This document shows, in pieces, positions 21,223-30,887 of a DNA stretch of 64,000 bases. Under the pieces are notes generated by a model. The model worked only from the letters and a program-made list of their open reading frames with translations. It was not told where the DNA came from and made no database searches. Source of the stretch: Acidobacteriota bacterium (GTDB lineage Bacteria > Acidobacteriota > UBA6911 > RPQK01 > JAJDTT01); NCBI GenBank assembly GCA_965263035.1, contig OZ253580.1:3072001-3136000 (forward strand), given 5' to 3'. Position 1 is the stretch's first letter; every line of letters begins with the position of its first letter. A program made the position numbers and the translations under genes.

Positions 21223-21984
21223 ATGGAGCCTGTGAGAACGAGCCGTTGGTTGCTGGCGTCCCTGTTCCTCCTGCTGGGCGGTCAATCCCAGGCCCAGATC
21301 GAGTCGGACACCCTGCTGGAGAGTCTGAAGCCGCAGGGTTACGTCAGCGACTACGGTGGGGTGATGGACGGCAGTCTGAGGCGGTCACTGGAGGTCCGGC
21401 TCAGGGAACTGGAGCAGAAGACGTCCGCTCAGATTGCGTTGGTCACTCTTCGGTCGCTGAAGGGAGGAGAGATCCGGGACTTTTCCAATCGGCTCTTCGA
21501 GCGCTGGGGAGTGGGACGGAAAGGCAAGGACAAAGGTGTTCTGATCCTCACCTCGTTGGAGGATCGCAAGATCTGGATCGAAGTCGGTTACGGTCTTGAG
21601 GGACTCCTTCCGGACGCGTTGGTGGGACGCATTCTGGACGAGGCGGTGTTGCCGGATTTCCGTCACGGACGCCACGGTGGCGGCTTGGCCAGGGGCGCGC
21701 TCACGATTGCCGGGATGATTGCCCGGGATGCGGGAGTCACTCTCAGCGGGGCGCCCGCCCCGGCGGGGGCTCGAAAAAGCCGCCGTCCGGGCGCCGGCAA
21801 CCTGCTCTATCTGCTGTTCCTGTTGTTTCTGTTCCTGCGGCGCCCCCTGTTGGGAATGTTTCTGCCACTCGGAATGGGCGCCGGGTTCCCGCGGGGCGGT
21901 TATGGCGGCGGGTTCTCGGGAGGGGGCTTCGGCGGCTTCGGTGGCGGGCTCTCCGGAGGCGGGGGCGCCGGCAGAAGTTGGTAG
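21223..21984 (+). CDS. TPM domain protein
   Basis: YVSDY, WGVGRKGKDKGVL, IEVGYGLEGLLPD; Gly-rich tail ending GGGGAGRSW. Confidence 0.92.
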   Translation: MEPVRTSRWLLASLFLLLGGQSQAQIESDTLLESLKPQGYVSDYGGVMDGSLRRSLEVRLRELEQKTSAQIALVTLRSLKGGEIRDFSNRLFERWGVGRKGKDKGVLILTSLEDRKIWIEVGYGLEGLLPDALVGRILDEAVLPDFRHGRHGGGLARGALTIAGMIARDAGVTLSGAPAPAGARKSRRPGAGNLLYLLFLLFLFLRRPLLGMFLPLGMGAGFPRGGYGGGFSGGGFGGFGGGLSGGGGAGRSW

Positions 21985-22005
21985 GTCGCAAATCGGGTTG
22001 AGGAA

Positions 22006-22746
22006 ATGAAACCGAAACAATTGGTCGAGAAGCTGCGCAAAGTCCAACCCTTGAGTCTCAGGTCGGTCATTCTGTACGGATCGGCCGTCACCGGCGACTT
22101 CGTAAAGAAGCGTTCCGACTACAATGTGCTCGTCATCGTCGAACATCTGGGCGTGGCGGAGTTGCGAGCCCTCTCCAGCGTGGCTCGGCGTTGGGCCAAG
22201 GCCGGCAATCCTCCCCCGCTGCTCTTTACCCTCGAGCGATTGAGACAGTCGGTAGACGTCTTCCCCATCGAGATTCTGGACATGAAGGCGGCGAACCGGG
22301 TCCTTTACGGCCAGGATGTCCTGAGCCGGATTTCGGTCAATGATGGGAATCTGAGACACCAGGTGGAGTCGGAGCTCAAAGGCAAGCTGATTCAACTGCG
22401 GGAAGCCTATCTGATTACGGGCGGCAAGCCCCGGGACGTCGTGGAAGTCCTGGTCCGTTCCATTGCTTCCTTCCTGGTCCTCTTTCGTGCGGCCCTACGC
22501 CTTTATCAGATCGAGGTTCCGGCCAGAAAACTGGACGCTCTTGCCGCTCTGGCCCGGCGGATTCCATTGGATCCCGCACCGTTCGAGACCGTCGAAGCGC
22601 TCAAGGAGGGCCGTATGAAGGTCAGACAGGTCAACGCGGACGCCCTCTTCGGGAATTTCCTGAAGACCGTGGAAACGGTGGTGGACGCCATCGACAGCTA
22701 CGTCCAGGGACGGGGACGGGCTGATGAACAGGAGTTGTCGCCTTGA
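22006..22746 (+). CDS. nucleotidyltransferase-fold protein
   Basis: VILYGSAVTGDF...SDYNVLV; DVFPIE. Confidence 0.8.
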   Translation: MKPKQLVEKLRKVQPLSLRSVILYGSAVTGDFVKKRSDYNVLVIVEHLGVAELRALSSVARRWAKAGNPPPLLFTLERLRQSVDVFPIEILDMKAANRVLYGQDVLSRISVNDGNLRHQVESELKGKLIQLREAYLITGGKPRDVVEVLVRSIASFLVLFRAALRLYQIEVPARKLDALAALARRIPLDPAPFETVEALKEGRMKVRQVNADALFGNFLKTVETVVDAIDSYVQGRGRADEQELSP

Positions 22747-23309
22747 AAAAGACATGGATCGTCTTGGGAGCTGTCCTGGTTCTCGTCCTCATCATCGGCA
22801 TGAGTCTGACCGGCTCTTACAACCGGCTGGTCACGTCGTATGAAGGGGTGGAGAGTGCTTGGGCCCAAGTGGAGACGGTATTGCAACGGCGCTACGATCT
22901 GATCCCCAACCTGGTGAACACCGTGAAGGGGTTCGCAGCCCAGGAACGGGAAGTCTTTACCGAGGTCACCCGGTTGCGGAGCCAATGGGGAGCCGCCCGG
23001 ACCACCGCCGGCAAGGCTCAGATCGCCGGCCAAATGGAAGGGATGCTGTCCCGCCTTCTCCTGGTCGCCGAGCGCTATCCCGATCTCAAGTCCAATCAGA
23101 ACTTCCTGGCCTTGCAGGACGAGTTGACCGGGACCGAGAACCGGATCTCCGTGGAGCGGCGCCGCTACAACCAAGCGGTACGGGACTACAACACGACGGT
23201 CCGCCGGTTTCCCACCAACCTGGTGGCCGGCTTTTACGGTTTCGAGCGGAGCACGGCCTACTTCGAAGCCGCCGAGGGAGCCGAAGCGGCTCCCACCGTA
23301 GCGTTCTGA
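22743..23309 (+). CDS. lemA: LemA family protein
   Basis: QRRYDLIPNLV, ERYPDLKS, GTENRI...RRRYN, FPTNL. Confidence 0.95.
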   Translation: MKKTWIVLGAVLVLVLIIGMSLTGSYNRLVTSYEGVESAWAQVETVLQRRYDLIPNLVNTVKGFAAQEREVFTEVTRLRSQWGAARTTAGKAQIAGQMEGMLSRLLLVAERYPDLKSNQNFLALQDELTGTENRISVERRRYNQAVRDYNTTVRRFPTNLVAGFYGFERSTAYFEAAEGAEAAPTVAF

Positions 23310-24145
23310 TCCGCAGGTTCCGGGTAGATACGCCGGGCGGAAATAAGAAAACCGGTGTGCGCCACCATCCGATGGACCGGACGGATGGACTCCTCGCTGA
23401 CGTGCCAGGGACGGACCAGCGACTCGGTGGTTTCGATGTGCGTCCAGTCCGGGTCGCGCTGCAATTTTCTCACCAGCCGGTACACTTGAAGCGTCGTGGG
23501 GAGCCAACAGAGAAGGCTGCCGCCCGGTCTCAACGCCGCTGCCGCCGAGTCGACGGCGCGCTCCGGTTCGGGGACGTCGAGCAGGATCGTGTCCAGGTCC
23601 TCCTCCTGGATCCCGTCGTAGACATCCTCCAGAACGATCGTGTGCCGCGCTCCCGAAGTTCCGTAGAGGACAGCGAATTCGGAGAGCGTGTCCCGGGCCA
23701 GTGAAGCGAACTCTTCCCGGCGCTCGTAGGAGATGAGATGACCCTGCGGGCCCAGGAAACGGAGCAGGACCAGGGCCACCGATCCGGACCCGAGGCCCGC
23801 CTCCAGAACCCGGGCCCCGGGATAGATGTCGCCCCGGATCAGGATCTGGGTCGAGTCGCGCGGGTAGATGATCTGGGTTCGCCGGCGCAGCCCCTTGAGA
23901 ACGTACCGTTCCAGGGTAGGCCGCAGGCAGACGACGGGCAATCCCTTGCGGCTCAGGAAATGGCAGCCGGGAGGCTTGCCCACGATCTCGTCGTGGGAGA
24001 CGTGTCCGGTATGGGAGTGGTGGAAGAGGCCTCCTGGGCGCAGTTGAAACATGTGGCGCTTGTTCTTGGGCCCGATGAGTAGAACCAGTTCACCCTCCCG
24101 AAGGGGGGCCCGCTGCAGTGTCGATGTTGGGTCCGAGGCCATCAT
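23258..24145 (-). CDS. trmI: tRNA (adenine58-N1)-methyltransferase
   Basis: TQIIYPRD, VLEAGLGSG, LLDVPEP, RPVHRMVAHTGF; TTGACA-N18-TATTCT immediately upstream. Confidence 0.92.
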   Translation of the reverse strand: MMASDPTSTLQRAPLREGELVLLIGPKNKRHMFQLRPGGLFHHSHTGHVSHDEIVGKPPGCHFLSRKGLPVVCLRPTLERYVLKGLRRRTQIIYPRDSTQILIRGDIYPGARVLEAGLGSGSVALVLLRFLGPQGHLISYERREEFASLARDTLSEFAVLYGTSGARHTIVLEDVYDGIQEEDLDTILLDVPEPERAVDSAAAALRPGGSLLCWLPTTLQVYRLVRKLQRDPDWTHIETTESLVRPWHVSEESIRPVHRMVAHTGFLISARRIYPEPADQNATVGAASAPSAASK

Positions 24146-24186
24146 GGGAGAATAGTCGCGGCTCTTTTCGGGTGTCAAACGGGTCG

Positions 24187-24365
24187 AAGAGGAAAGAGGA
24201 AAGCTCCCTCACCGGCTGGGCTCCGGCGGATTCATGGAAGAAACAAGCCTTCGAACCAATCTGGCTCCAGAATCCTTAACCAGATCGTTTTCGGTAGAGG
24301 TGCTCGCTACGCGTAAACCACGCGCCTTTCTTCACTCTTTTCTATTTCCTCTTTGCTCTTTCCTC
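24187..24365. repeat. inverted heptamer arrays (GGAAAGA / TCTTTCC)
   Basis: GAGGAAAGAGGAAAG at ~24189 and TCTTCAC TCTTTTC TATTTCC TCTTTGC TCTTTCC at 24329-24363. Confidence 0.6.
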
Positions 24366-24427
24366 GGTTTCTCAGAAGTCCCCCACCGGCCCCGGCCCGG
24401 CGCAATCCAACCAGAAAAACGGGATGT

Positions 24428-24502
24428 CTGGGAGCAAAAGCTTTCCAGCCGCCGGTTCCGCGTCGGCGATGAAGACGGGGACAAGAATGTCCTCGCTCCC
24501 AG
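24428..24502. repeat. REP doublet, family 1, copy C (inverted)
   Basis: Ends CTGGGAGC/GCTCCCAG; GGGGACAAGAATGTCC hairpin; linker shared with copy A. Confidence 0.75.
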
Positions 24503-24748
24503 GGTGCCCGTATTGTTTTTCTAGGAAGAGAGGGGAGCGGAACGCGGACTCAGACGAGAGGTGATCTCGCCGGGAAGGTTTTCGCCATTAATTGCGGCGC
24601 TTGACCCATAATTCACCACCAATAGAAAATATTAACCCAGTATTTACTATTTATGATAAATTATTCGGTGAAGACATGAGGATGGCCGCCGGAGTCAAGC
24701 CGGGTGGATTCCGTGACGATGCTTGAGGAGGGCTGCTATTGTAGCTCG

Positions 24749-27736
24749 ATGAGAGCCCGATCTCCCGCGATGCATCCTGGGTCAGCTTCCACCATGCTGG
24801 CGGTCTGGGTCTGGGCGGTCATCCTGGCGTCCGTCCCGGGCAGCCAGGGATTCAGCCGAGCCCCGGCGCCGGAACCAAGACATTCGTTGGGCGAAGGAGA
24901 GCCGCTACTCTCCAGGACTCGACAGCTCACTTTCGAAGGCCGGCGTTCCGGAGAAGGTTATTACAGCCGGGACGGCTCCCGGTTCATCTTCCAGAGCGAG
25001 CGCGAGGAGGGAAACCCGTTCTTCCAGATCTACCTGATGGACATGGTCCGGAGAGAGGTGACCCGGCTCTCGCCCGGCCAGGGCAAGACCACCTGCGGCT
25101 GGATTCATCCGGAGGGCGGCCGAGTGCTTTTCGCCTCGACCCACCACGATCCCGAATCCGGGCGGAAGCAACGGGAGGAACTGGAGCGCCGGGCCTCGGG
25201 CAGGACCCGCCGGTACAGCTGGGACTTCGACGCCGAGTATGAGATCTACGGGTTCTCTCTCGGAACGTCGACCTTCCGGAACCTCACCAACAAGTTGGGA
25301 TATGACGCCGAAGCCTCCTGGTCTCCGGATGGCGAACGGATCGTATTCGCCTCGAATCGCTTGGCCTACGGAGGTCATCTGGCTCCGGAGCAGGTGGAGT
25401 CCCGGGACCGGGACCCTTCGTCCTTTGTGGACCTCTACTCCATGAACTCGGACGGAACCGATGTCCGCCGCCTGACCGTCTCGCCGGGGTATGACGGCGG
25501 TCCCTTCTTCAGTCCCTCCGGCCAGGAGATCTGCTGGCGGAGATTCACCGAGGACGGACTGGTGGCCGAGATCTACCTGATGGATGCGGACGGGGGCCGT
25601 CAGCGGCCCGTGACGCGACTGGGGAAGATGTCCTGGGCTCCCTTTTTCCATCCTTCCGGCGACTACCTGGTGTTTACGACCAACCTGCATGGCCTGGACA
25701 ATTTCGAACTCTACCTGGTAGCCGCCGAGGGACGGGCCGAACCGTTGCGCGCCACCCGGACTCCCGGATTCGACGGTCTGCCCGTCTTCTCGCCGGACGG
25801 AAACACGGTGGCCTGGACCTCCAACCGGACTCCCGGGAAGACTTCCCAGATATTTCTGGCCGACTGGAACGACCGGGAAGCGAGACGCTTGTTGGAACTG
25901 TCCGCGCCGGAGCGGCAGGCTGACTCTGACGCAGCCCCGGAGACTTCAAGTGCGGTCCTCATCCGGGCCCAGGATCTCCGCCGCCACGTGAACCGCTTGG
26001 CTTCCGAGGAGATGGAAGGACGAATGACCGGGACCCGGGGAGAGCTCCTGGCCACCGAGTACGCCGCTTCGGTTCTGACCGGCCTGGGGTTGAAGCCGGC
26101 TGGAGACGACGGCTCCTACTTCCAATCCTTCCCCTTCACGGCGGGGGTCTCCCTGGGCTCAGAGAACCGAATGGAAGTCGTGAGTGGGAACGAGAAGAAG
26201 CCGCTGCGCCTGGACCGCGACTGGAGGCCGTTGTCCTTCTCGGCCACCGGAGCCTTCGGGACCTCTCAGGTGGTCTTTGCCGGGTATGGGATCGTGGCGC
26301 CCGAATTGGAGGAGAACCCGGGTTACGATTCCTATGCTCACCTGGACGTGGCCGGCAAGTGGGTCCTGGTGCTGCGTTACTACCCCGAAGAGGCGGCTCC
26401 CCAGCGGCGGCGGCATCTGGCTCGGTATGGGAGCCTCCGATACAAGGCCATGCAGGCCCTGGACCGTGGCGCCAAGGGACTCCTCATCGCCAGCGGTCCC
26501 AACTCCAAGGTCCGCCGGGAGCTGATCCCGCTGAGGCTCGACGGTTCGGTCACGGACGGACGCCTTCCCGTCATCTCCATTACCGACCGGGTAGCCGGAA
26601 TCTTGCTGGAGTCCAACGATCGAACTCTGGAGGAACTCCAAGAGGAACTGGATTCCGGCGAACTCCGGATGGGGTTCGTGCTCCCCGGTGTCGAGGCGGC
26701 TTCGAACGTCGATCTGAACACGGAGCAGAGGACCGGCCGGAACGTGCTGGGGCTGCTGCAGGTGGGGCGGAGCAGTGCCGGGAATGGAGTGCTGGTGGTG
26801 GGAGCCCATTTGGACCATTTGGGCTCGGGAGCCACGGCTGCATCTCTGGCCCGGTCGGACGAGGAGGGAGGGATCCACTACGGGGCCGACGACAACGCGT
26901 CCGGGGTCGCCGCGGTTCTGGAGATTGCGGAGCATCTGGTGCACCTTCGAGACCAAGGAGACCTTCCGGCGGGACGAGACGTGCTGTTCGCACTCTGGTC
27001 AGGCGAGGAGCTGGGTCTGCTGGGCTCGAACCATTTCATGAAAACCTATGGATCGGGCCCTGGACATGGGTCCGGAATCGACCTGTTGGCCTATCTGAAT
27101 CTGGACATGGTGGGTCGCTTGAAGACATCGCTGGTGGTGCAGGGCGTGGGTTCGAGTTCTGTCTGGCCTTCCGCCGTTGAGCGGTCGAACCTGGATCTGG
27201 GCCTGCCCATCGTGATGCAGCCCGAGAGCCACCTGCCCACGGATGCCACCTCCTTTTATGTCAAACAGGTGCCGATCCTCAGTCTCTTTACCGGTTCCCA
27301 CGAGGACTATCACACGCCCGGAGACCGCCCCGAAAAAATCAACTACCAGGGAACGCGGAAGATTGCGTCGTTCCTGAGCCGGATTGCCGTCCACCTCTTG
27401 GAGAACCCCGATCGCCCCGATTACCAGGAGATGAGCGACCCCAGAAGGCGAGGGGCCAGAAGCGGGCTGAGGGCCTACCTGGGTACGATTCCCGATTACG
27501 CTCAGGGTGCGAAAAAGGGTCTCAGCCTCTCCGGGGTCGCGCCCGGGGGACCGGCCGAAAAGGTGGGCGTCAGAGCCGGGGATTTGGTCGTGCGTCTGGC
27601 CGGCCGTGAGATCGGGGACATCTACGACTACACCTACGCCATCGATTTTCTGGAGATCGGCTCACCGACCGAGATCGTCGTGGTGCGAGAGGGGAAGAAA
27701 ATCACCCTGGCCATCGTCCCGGCTTCCAGGGATTAG
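24749..27736 (+). CDS. secreted M28 peptidase with TolB/PD40 propeller, PA and PDZ domains (start uncertain)
   Basis: FSPDG/WSPDG repeats, GAHLDH, GADDNASG, SGEELG, NLDMVG, DYHTPGD, YLGTIPDY. Confidence 0.92.
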   Translation: MRARSPAMHPGSASTMLAVWVWAVILASVPGSQGFSRAPAPEPRHSLGEGEPLLSRTRQLTFEGRRSGEGYYSRDGSRFIFQSEREEGNPFFQIYLMDMVRREVTRLSPGQGKTTCGWIHPEGGRVLFASTHHDPESGRKQREELERRASGRTRRYSWDFDAEYEIYGFSLGTSTFRNLTNKLGYDAEASWSPDGERIVFASNRLAYGGHLAPEQVESRDRDPSSFVDLYSMNSDGTDVRRLTVSPGYDGGPFFSPSGQEICWRRFTEDGLVAEIYLMDADGGRQRPVTRLGKMSWAPFFHPSGDYLVFTTNLHGLDNFELYLVAAEGRAEPLRATRTPGFDGLPVFSPDGNTVAWTSNRTPGKTSQIFLADWNDREARRLLELSAPERQADSDAAPETSSAVLIRAQDLRRHVNRLASEEMEGRMTGTRGELLATEYAASVLTGLGLKPAGDDGSYFQSFPFTAGVSLGSENRMEVVSGNEKKPLRLDRDWRPLSFSATGAFGTSQVVFAGYGIVAPELEENPGYDSYAHLDVAGKWVLVLRYYPEEAAPQRRRHLARYGSLRYKAMQALDRGAKGLLIASGPNSKVRRELIPLRLDGSVTDGRLPVISITDRVAGILLESNDRTLEELQEELDSGELRMGFVLPGVEAASNVDLNTEQRTGRNVLGLLQVGRSSAGNGVLVVGAHLDHLGSGATAASLARSDEEGGIHYGADDNASGVAAVLEIAEHLVHLRDQGDLPAGRDVLFALWSGEELGLLGSNHFMKTYGSGPGHGSGIDLLAYLNLDMVGRLKTSLVVQGVGSSSVWPSAVERSNLDLGLPIVMQPESHLPTDATSFYVKQVPILSLFTGSHEDYHTPGDRPEKINYQGTRKIASFLSRIAVHLLENPDRPDYQEMSDPRRRGARSGLRAYLGTIPDYAQGAKKGLSLSGVAPGGPAEKVGVRAGDLVVRLAGREIGDIYDYTYAIDFLEIGSPTEIVVVREGKKITLAIVPASRD

Positions 27737-27893
27737 AGGAAAAGAAGGAGTGCCCGGGCTGGCGAGGGCCCATTCGAGTTGAGCGATTCAGGAGCAAAAG
27801 GAGAATAGAGAAAGGGCCGTCCCGAAGCTGGGAATAGACGAATTCTTGGAATTCTTAGACAGTCCGCGATTTCATCGACAGCACTGAGAGCGT

Positions 27894-28184
27894 CTACTGA
27901 CAGTTGTACTGTTGATTCAGTCGCTCTTGCAGGCGCTGTCGAATGGCGCTGTGGTCGGTGTCAGCCAGCTTGCACCAGTAGGGAAAGCCATCTTCGTCAC
28001 TGACGATCCACTCGATGGCCTTCTTCTTGAGTAGGCGATAGTCTTTGCGGGAGTTTTCCTTGACGATCCGCAGGTCGATGACGGCTTCGTGCCAAGCTTG
28101 TCTCAAGATAGCGACGGCTAAATTTCTTTCCGACCTGAAATCTACCTTTTGACGCGTCTCGGTGTTTCGACCGATGCCCCTCAT
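27894..28184 (-). CDS. small hypothetical protein (phage-like orphan)
   Basis: 96-aa ORF with lower GC than neighbours: ERNLAVAILRQA...AIEWI.SD...FPYWC.LA. Confidence 0.6.
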   Translation of the reverse strand: MRGIGRNTETRQKVDFRSERNLAVAILRQAWHEAVIDLRIVKENSRKDYRLLKKKAIEWIVSDEDGFPYWCKLADTDHSAIRQRLQERLNQQYNCQ

Positions 28185-28258
28185 CCGCACAGTTAGCGAT
28201 AATAGCACAAGTTCATGGATTTACTAAGAAAAAACTGAACCGGCACCTTCCCCGAGAG

Positions 28259-28338
28259 GTCGGGGCGACCCTTGTGGTCGCCCTCCCCGGGCCGATCCGT
28301 GAGGGGCGAAAGCGGGCACCCACAAGGGGTGCCCCTAC
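28259..28338. repeat. GTAG-type REP inverted pair (family 2)
   Basis: GTCGGGGCGACCCTTGTGGTCGCCC and the reverse complement of GTAGGGGCACCCCTTGTGGGTGCCC. Confidence 0.8.
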
Positions 28339-28380
28339 GTCGCTCCGGTTTGGCGGGAGCATGGGAAGGGGGCCGCTTCG

Positions 28381-28409
28381 TTGCCTGACAGGGGGGGAAT
28401 GAATATAAT
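28381..28409 (+). promoter_or_regulatory. sigma70 promoter of tRNA-Asp
   Basis: TTGCCT-N17-TATAAT. Confidence 0.8.
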
Positions 28410-28425
28410 GTCCGCTCGGCCTAGC

Positions 28426-28503
28426 GGGGCCGTAGTTCAGATTGGTTAGAACGCCGGCCTGTCACGCCGGAGGTCGCGAGTTCGAGTCTCGTCGGTCCCG
28501 CCA
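28426..28503 (+). tRNA. tRNA-Asp(GTC)
   Basis: Cloverleaf with acceptor GGGGCCG/CGGTCCC, anticodon loop CTGTCAC, TTCGAGT, encoded CCA. Confidence 0.98.
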
Positions 28504-28538
28504 ATCCCGTCACATTCCCCTTGACACCGGCGACGAGC

Positions 28539-29879
28539 ATGGGGCAACCCCTCCACTCTCCCACCCGAGTCCGTTGGCTGGTCTTCGGCTTGGCCTCCGC
28601 CTCGTCGTGGATGCTCTACCTGCACCGGTACACCTGGAATTTCATTGGACCCGAGCTGGAGCGGACCCACGGCCTCTCCAAGGCCGAGTTGGGCACTCTC
28701 TTCTCTTTCTTCATCCCGCCCTACGGGTTCCTGCAGATTCCCAGCGGCATCTTGAGCGATCTGGCCGGTCCACATCTCTTTCTGGGATTGATCATGATCC
28801 TCTGGTCTTTGGCGCTTCCCCTGCATGCCGTGGCCGGCAGCTTCTCTTCGCTGGCCGTCGTCCGTGTTCTCTTCGGCATCTTCCAGGCCGGCTGCTATCC
28901 CAATCTGGCCAAGGTCACCCAGGTCTGGTTTCCCCGCAGCCGGCGCACCGTCATCCAAGGTTGGGTGGCCACCTTCTTCGGCCGGGGAGGAGGGGCCGTG
29001 TCCCCCATCCTCTTCGGAACCCTGCTCATCGGCTACTGTGGCTTCTCGTGGCAATCCGCATTGGTGTTGTTGGGAGGAGGAGGGGTTTTCCTGGGTGTCC
29101 TCTTCCTGCTGCTGTTTCGCAATTCGCCGGAGGGGGACCGGAGGACCAACCAGGCGGAACGGGATCTGATCCGGGAAGGATCGCTGACACCGGCCCCCAA
29201 GAGTTCCCGATTGCTGCCCTGGCGTCGGGTCGCCCGCAATCGGAGCATGCGCTATTTCGTCCTGGGCCAGATCATGAGCGCGGCCGCCGACACCATCTAC
29301 GTTTCGTTCATGGGAGATTATTTCCTGAACGCCAAGGGGATCGAGATGATCCAGGCAGGTGTGCTGGTGAGCTTGCCCCTGTGGGGAGGAGCCGTGGGAG
29401 GCCTGGTGGGAGGCTATTGCAACGACTGGGCCATCCAGTGGAGCGGAAGCCGGCGTTGGGGCCGGAGCGTCGTCGGTTTCACCGGAAAGTTCCTGGCCTG
29501 CCTGCTGATGCTGTTGACCGTCCGTCAGGAGAGCGCGGTGGCAGCGGGGATCTCCCTGTTCGCGGTCAAGTTCTTCACCGACTGGAGCCAACCGACAGTG
29601 TGGGGAACCTGCACCGATCTGGGAGGAAGATACTCGGCGACTCTCTTCGGAATCATCAACACCTCGGGCAGCGCCGGAGGCGTCCTCGCACCCCCGCTCT
29701 TCGGTCTGATCCTGGATTACAATACGGCCCGGCAATGGGTGGACGGCGCGTGGGTCCAAACCACCGACTACAAACCCCTCTTCGTCGTCGTAGCCGCCCT
29801 GTATCTGGTCAGCGCACTGTCCTGGTTTTTTATCGACTGCACGGAGTCCGTGGAAACGGAGCTTGAACCGGAGCAGTAG
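28539..29879 (+). CDS. MFS transporter (ACS / sugar-acid family)
   Basis: About 12 TM; QIPSGILSD, WFP...R, GIINTSGS. Confidence 0.9.
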   Translation: MGQPLHSPTRVRWLVFGLASASSWMLYLHRYTWNFIGPELERTHGLSKAELGTLFSFFIPPYGFLQIPSGILSDLAGPHLFLGLIMILWSLALPLHAVAGSFSSLAVVRVLFGIFQAGCYPNLAKVTQVWFPRSRRTVIQGWVATFFGRGGGAVSPILFGTLLIGYCGFSWQSALVLLGGGGVFLGVLFLLLFRNSPEGDRRTNQAERDLIREGSLTPAPKSSRLLPWRRVARNRSMRYFVLGQIMSAAADTIYVSFMGDYFLNAKGIEMIQAGVLVSLPLWGGAVGGLVGGYCNDWAIQWSGSRRWGRSVVGFTGKFLACLLMLLTVRQESAVAAGISLFAVKFFTDWSQPTVWGTCTDLGGRYSATLFGIINTSGSAGGVLAPPLFGLILDYNTARQWVDGAWVQTTDYKPLFVVVAALYLVSALSWFFIDCTESVETELEPEQ

Positions 29880-29906
29880 ACGCCGCAACTACCGTAGAGG
29901 AAGAGA

Positions 29907-30887
29907 TCAGAGCTCGGCCCAGATCCCGAATTCTTCCTCGGCTGCCAGGTCGTAGATGCGTCGGGCGACGGCCGCGTCCTGGATAGCCATTCCGGTCCCG
30001 TCGAAAAGGGTGATCTGGTCTTCGGAAGTGCGGCCGGGAATAGTGCCGTTGATCACCTGGCCCAGAGTTCCCCTGATATCGTCCCGGTCGATATGGCCTT
30101 TTTCCAGCGGCTCCGAGACCTCGCCCAAGTGGCAGATCTGCTCGATGTGATCGCCGAAGATGGTGCACCGTGCATGTACGCCATTGGCCAATTCCTGTTT
30201 CCAGGCCTGATCGGCCCCCATGCACGACAGGTGGGTTCCGGGTCTCAACCATTCGTTCTGAACGATGGGGACGGTGGTATTGGTGCAGGTAATGATGACG
30301 TCGCTCGTCGTGACCAGCTCCTGCGGGTGGCGGACCGGCTCCACCGGTCGGCCCAGATCCTCGGAAAGCTCGGCGACGTAGTTCTCTAGAACCTTGGGAA
30401 AGGAGTCGTAGACCCGGATCTCCTTGAAGGACCGGACCTGAACCGCGGCTCGCAGGGCGTGCCTCCCCTGGAATCCGGCTCCCAGGATCCCCAGCGTCCG
30501 GACGTCGGTCCGGGCCAGGTGCTTGACGGCGACCGCGGCCGCGGCTCCGGTTCTGAGCCCGGTCACCCAGGAACCGTCCATCAGGGCCAGAGGCTTTCCC
30601 GTGTCGGGATCGAATAGCGAGATCTGGGAGAGAATGTTGGGCAGGTTCCGCTTGGGGTTCTCTTCCCGGCCCTGTCCCAGTTTCATGGCCAGCACGTCCA
30701 GGTCCGGGAGCATGCTGGCCATGCAGGCGCTGATGCCGCCCGGGACCTGGAAAATGAGTTTTTTGGGAAGGATGTCGTTCCCCTTCTCATGATTGGCGAA
30801 GGCCTGCTCCACCATGTCGATGGACTCCTGGATGCTGAATCGTGAGATGATCTCTTTCTGGCTGATGATCAGAATCGGGTAAGCCAC
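29907..30887 (-). CDS. ornithine cyclodeaminase / mu-crystallin family protein
   Basis: TGLRTGAA, GILGAGFQG, MGAD, FDGTGMAIQD; GGAGGA RBS before GTG 30887. Confidence 0.88.
   Translation of the reverse strand: MAYPILIISQKEIISRFSIQESIDMVEQAFANHEKGNDILPKKLIFQVPGGISACMASMLPDLDVLAMKLGQGREENPKRNLPNILSQISLFDPDTGKPLALMDGSWVTGLRTGAAAAVAVKHLARTDVRTLGILGAGFQGRHALRAAVQVRSFKEIRVYDSFPKVLENYVAELSEDLGRPVEPVRHPQELVTTSDVIITCTNTTVPIVQNEWLRPGTHLSCMGADQAWKQELANGVHARCTIFGDHIEQICHLGEVSEPLEKGHIDRDDIRGTLGQVINGTIPGRTSEDQITLFDGTGMAIQDAAVARRIYDLAAEEEFGIWAEL

Noticed and set aside
23258-23309. 52-bp convergent overlap of lemA and trmI
   Set aside because: The trmI tail is low-complexity read-through; common and not evidence of a system.
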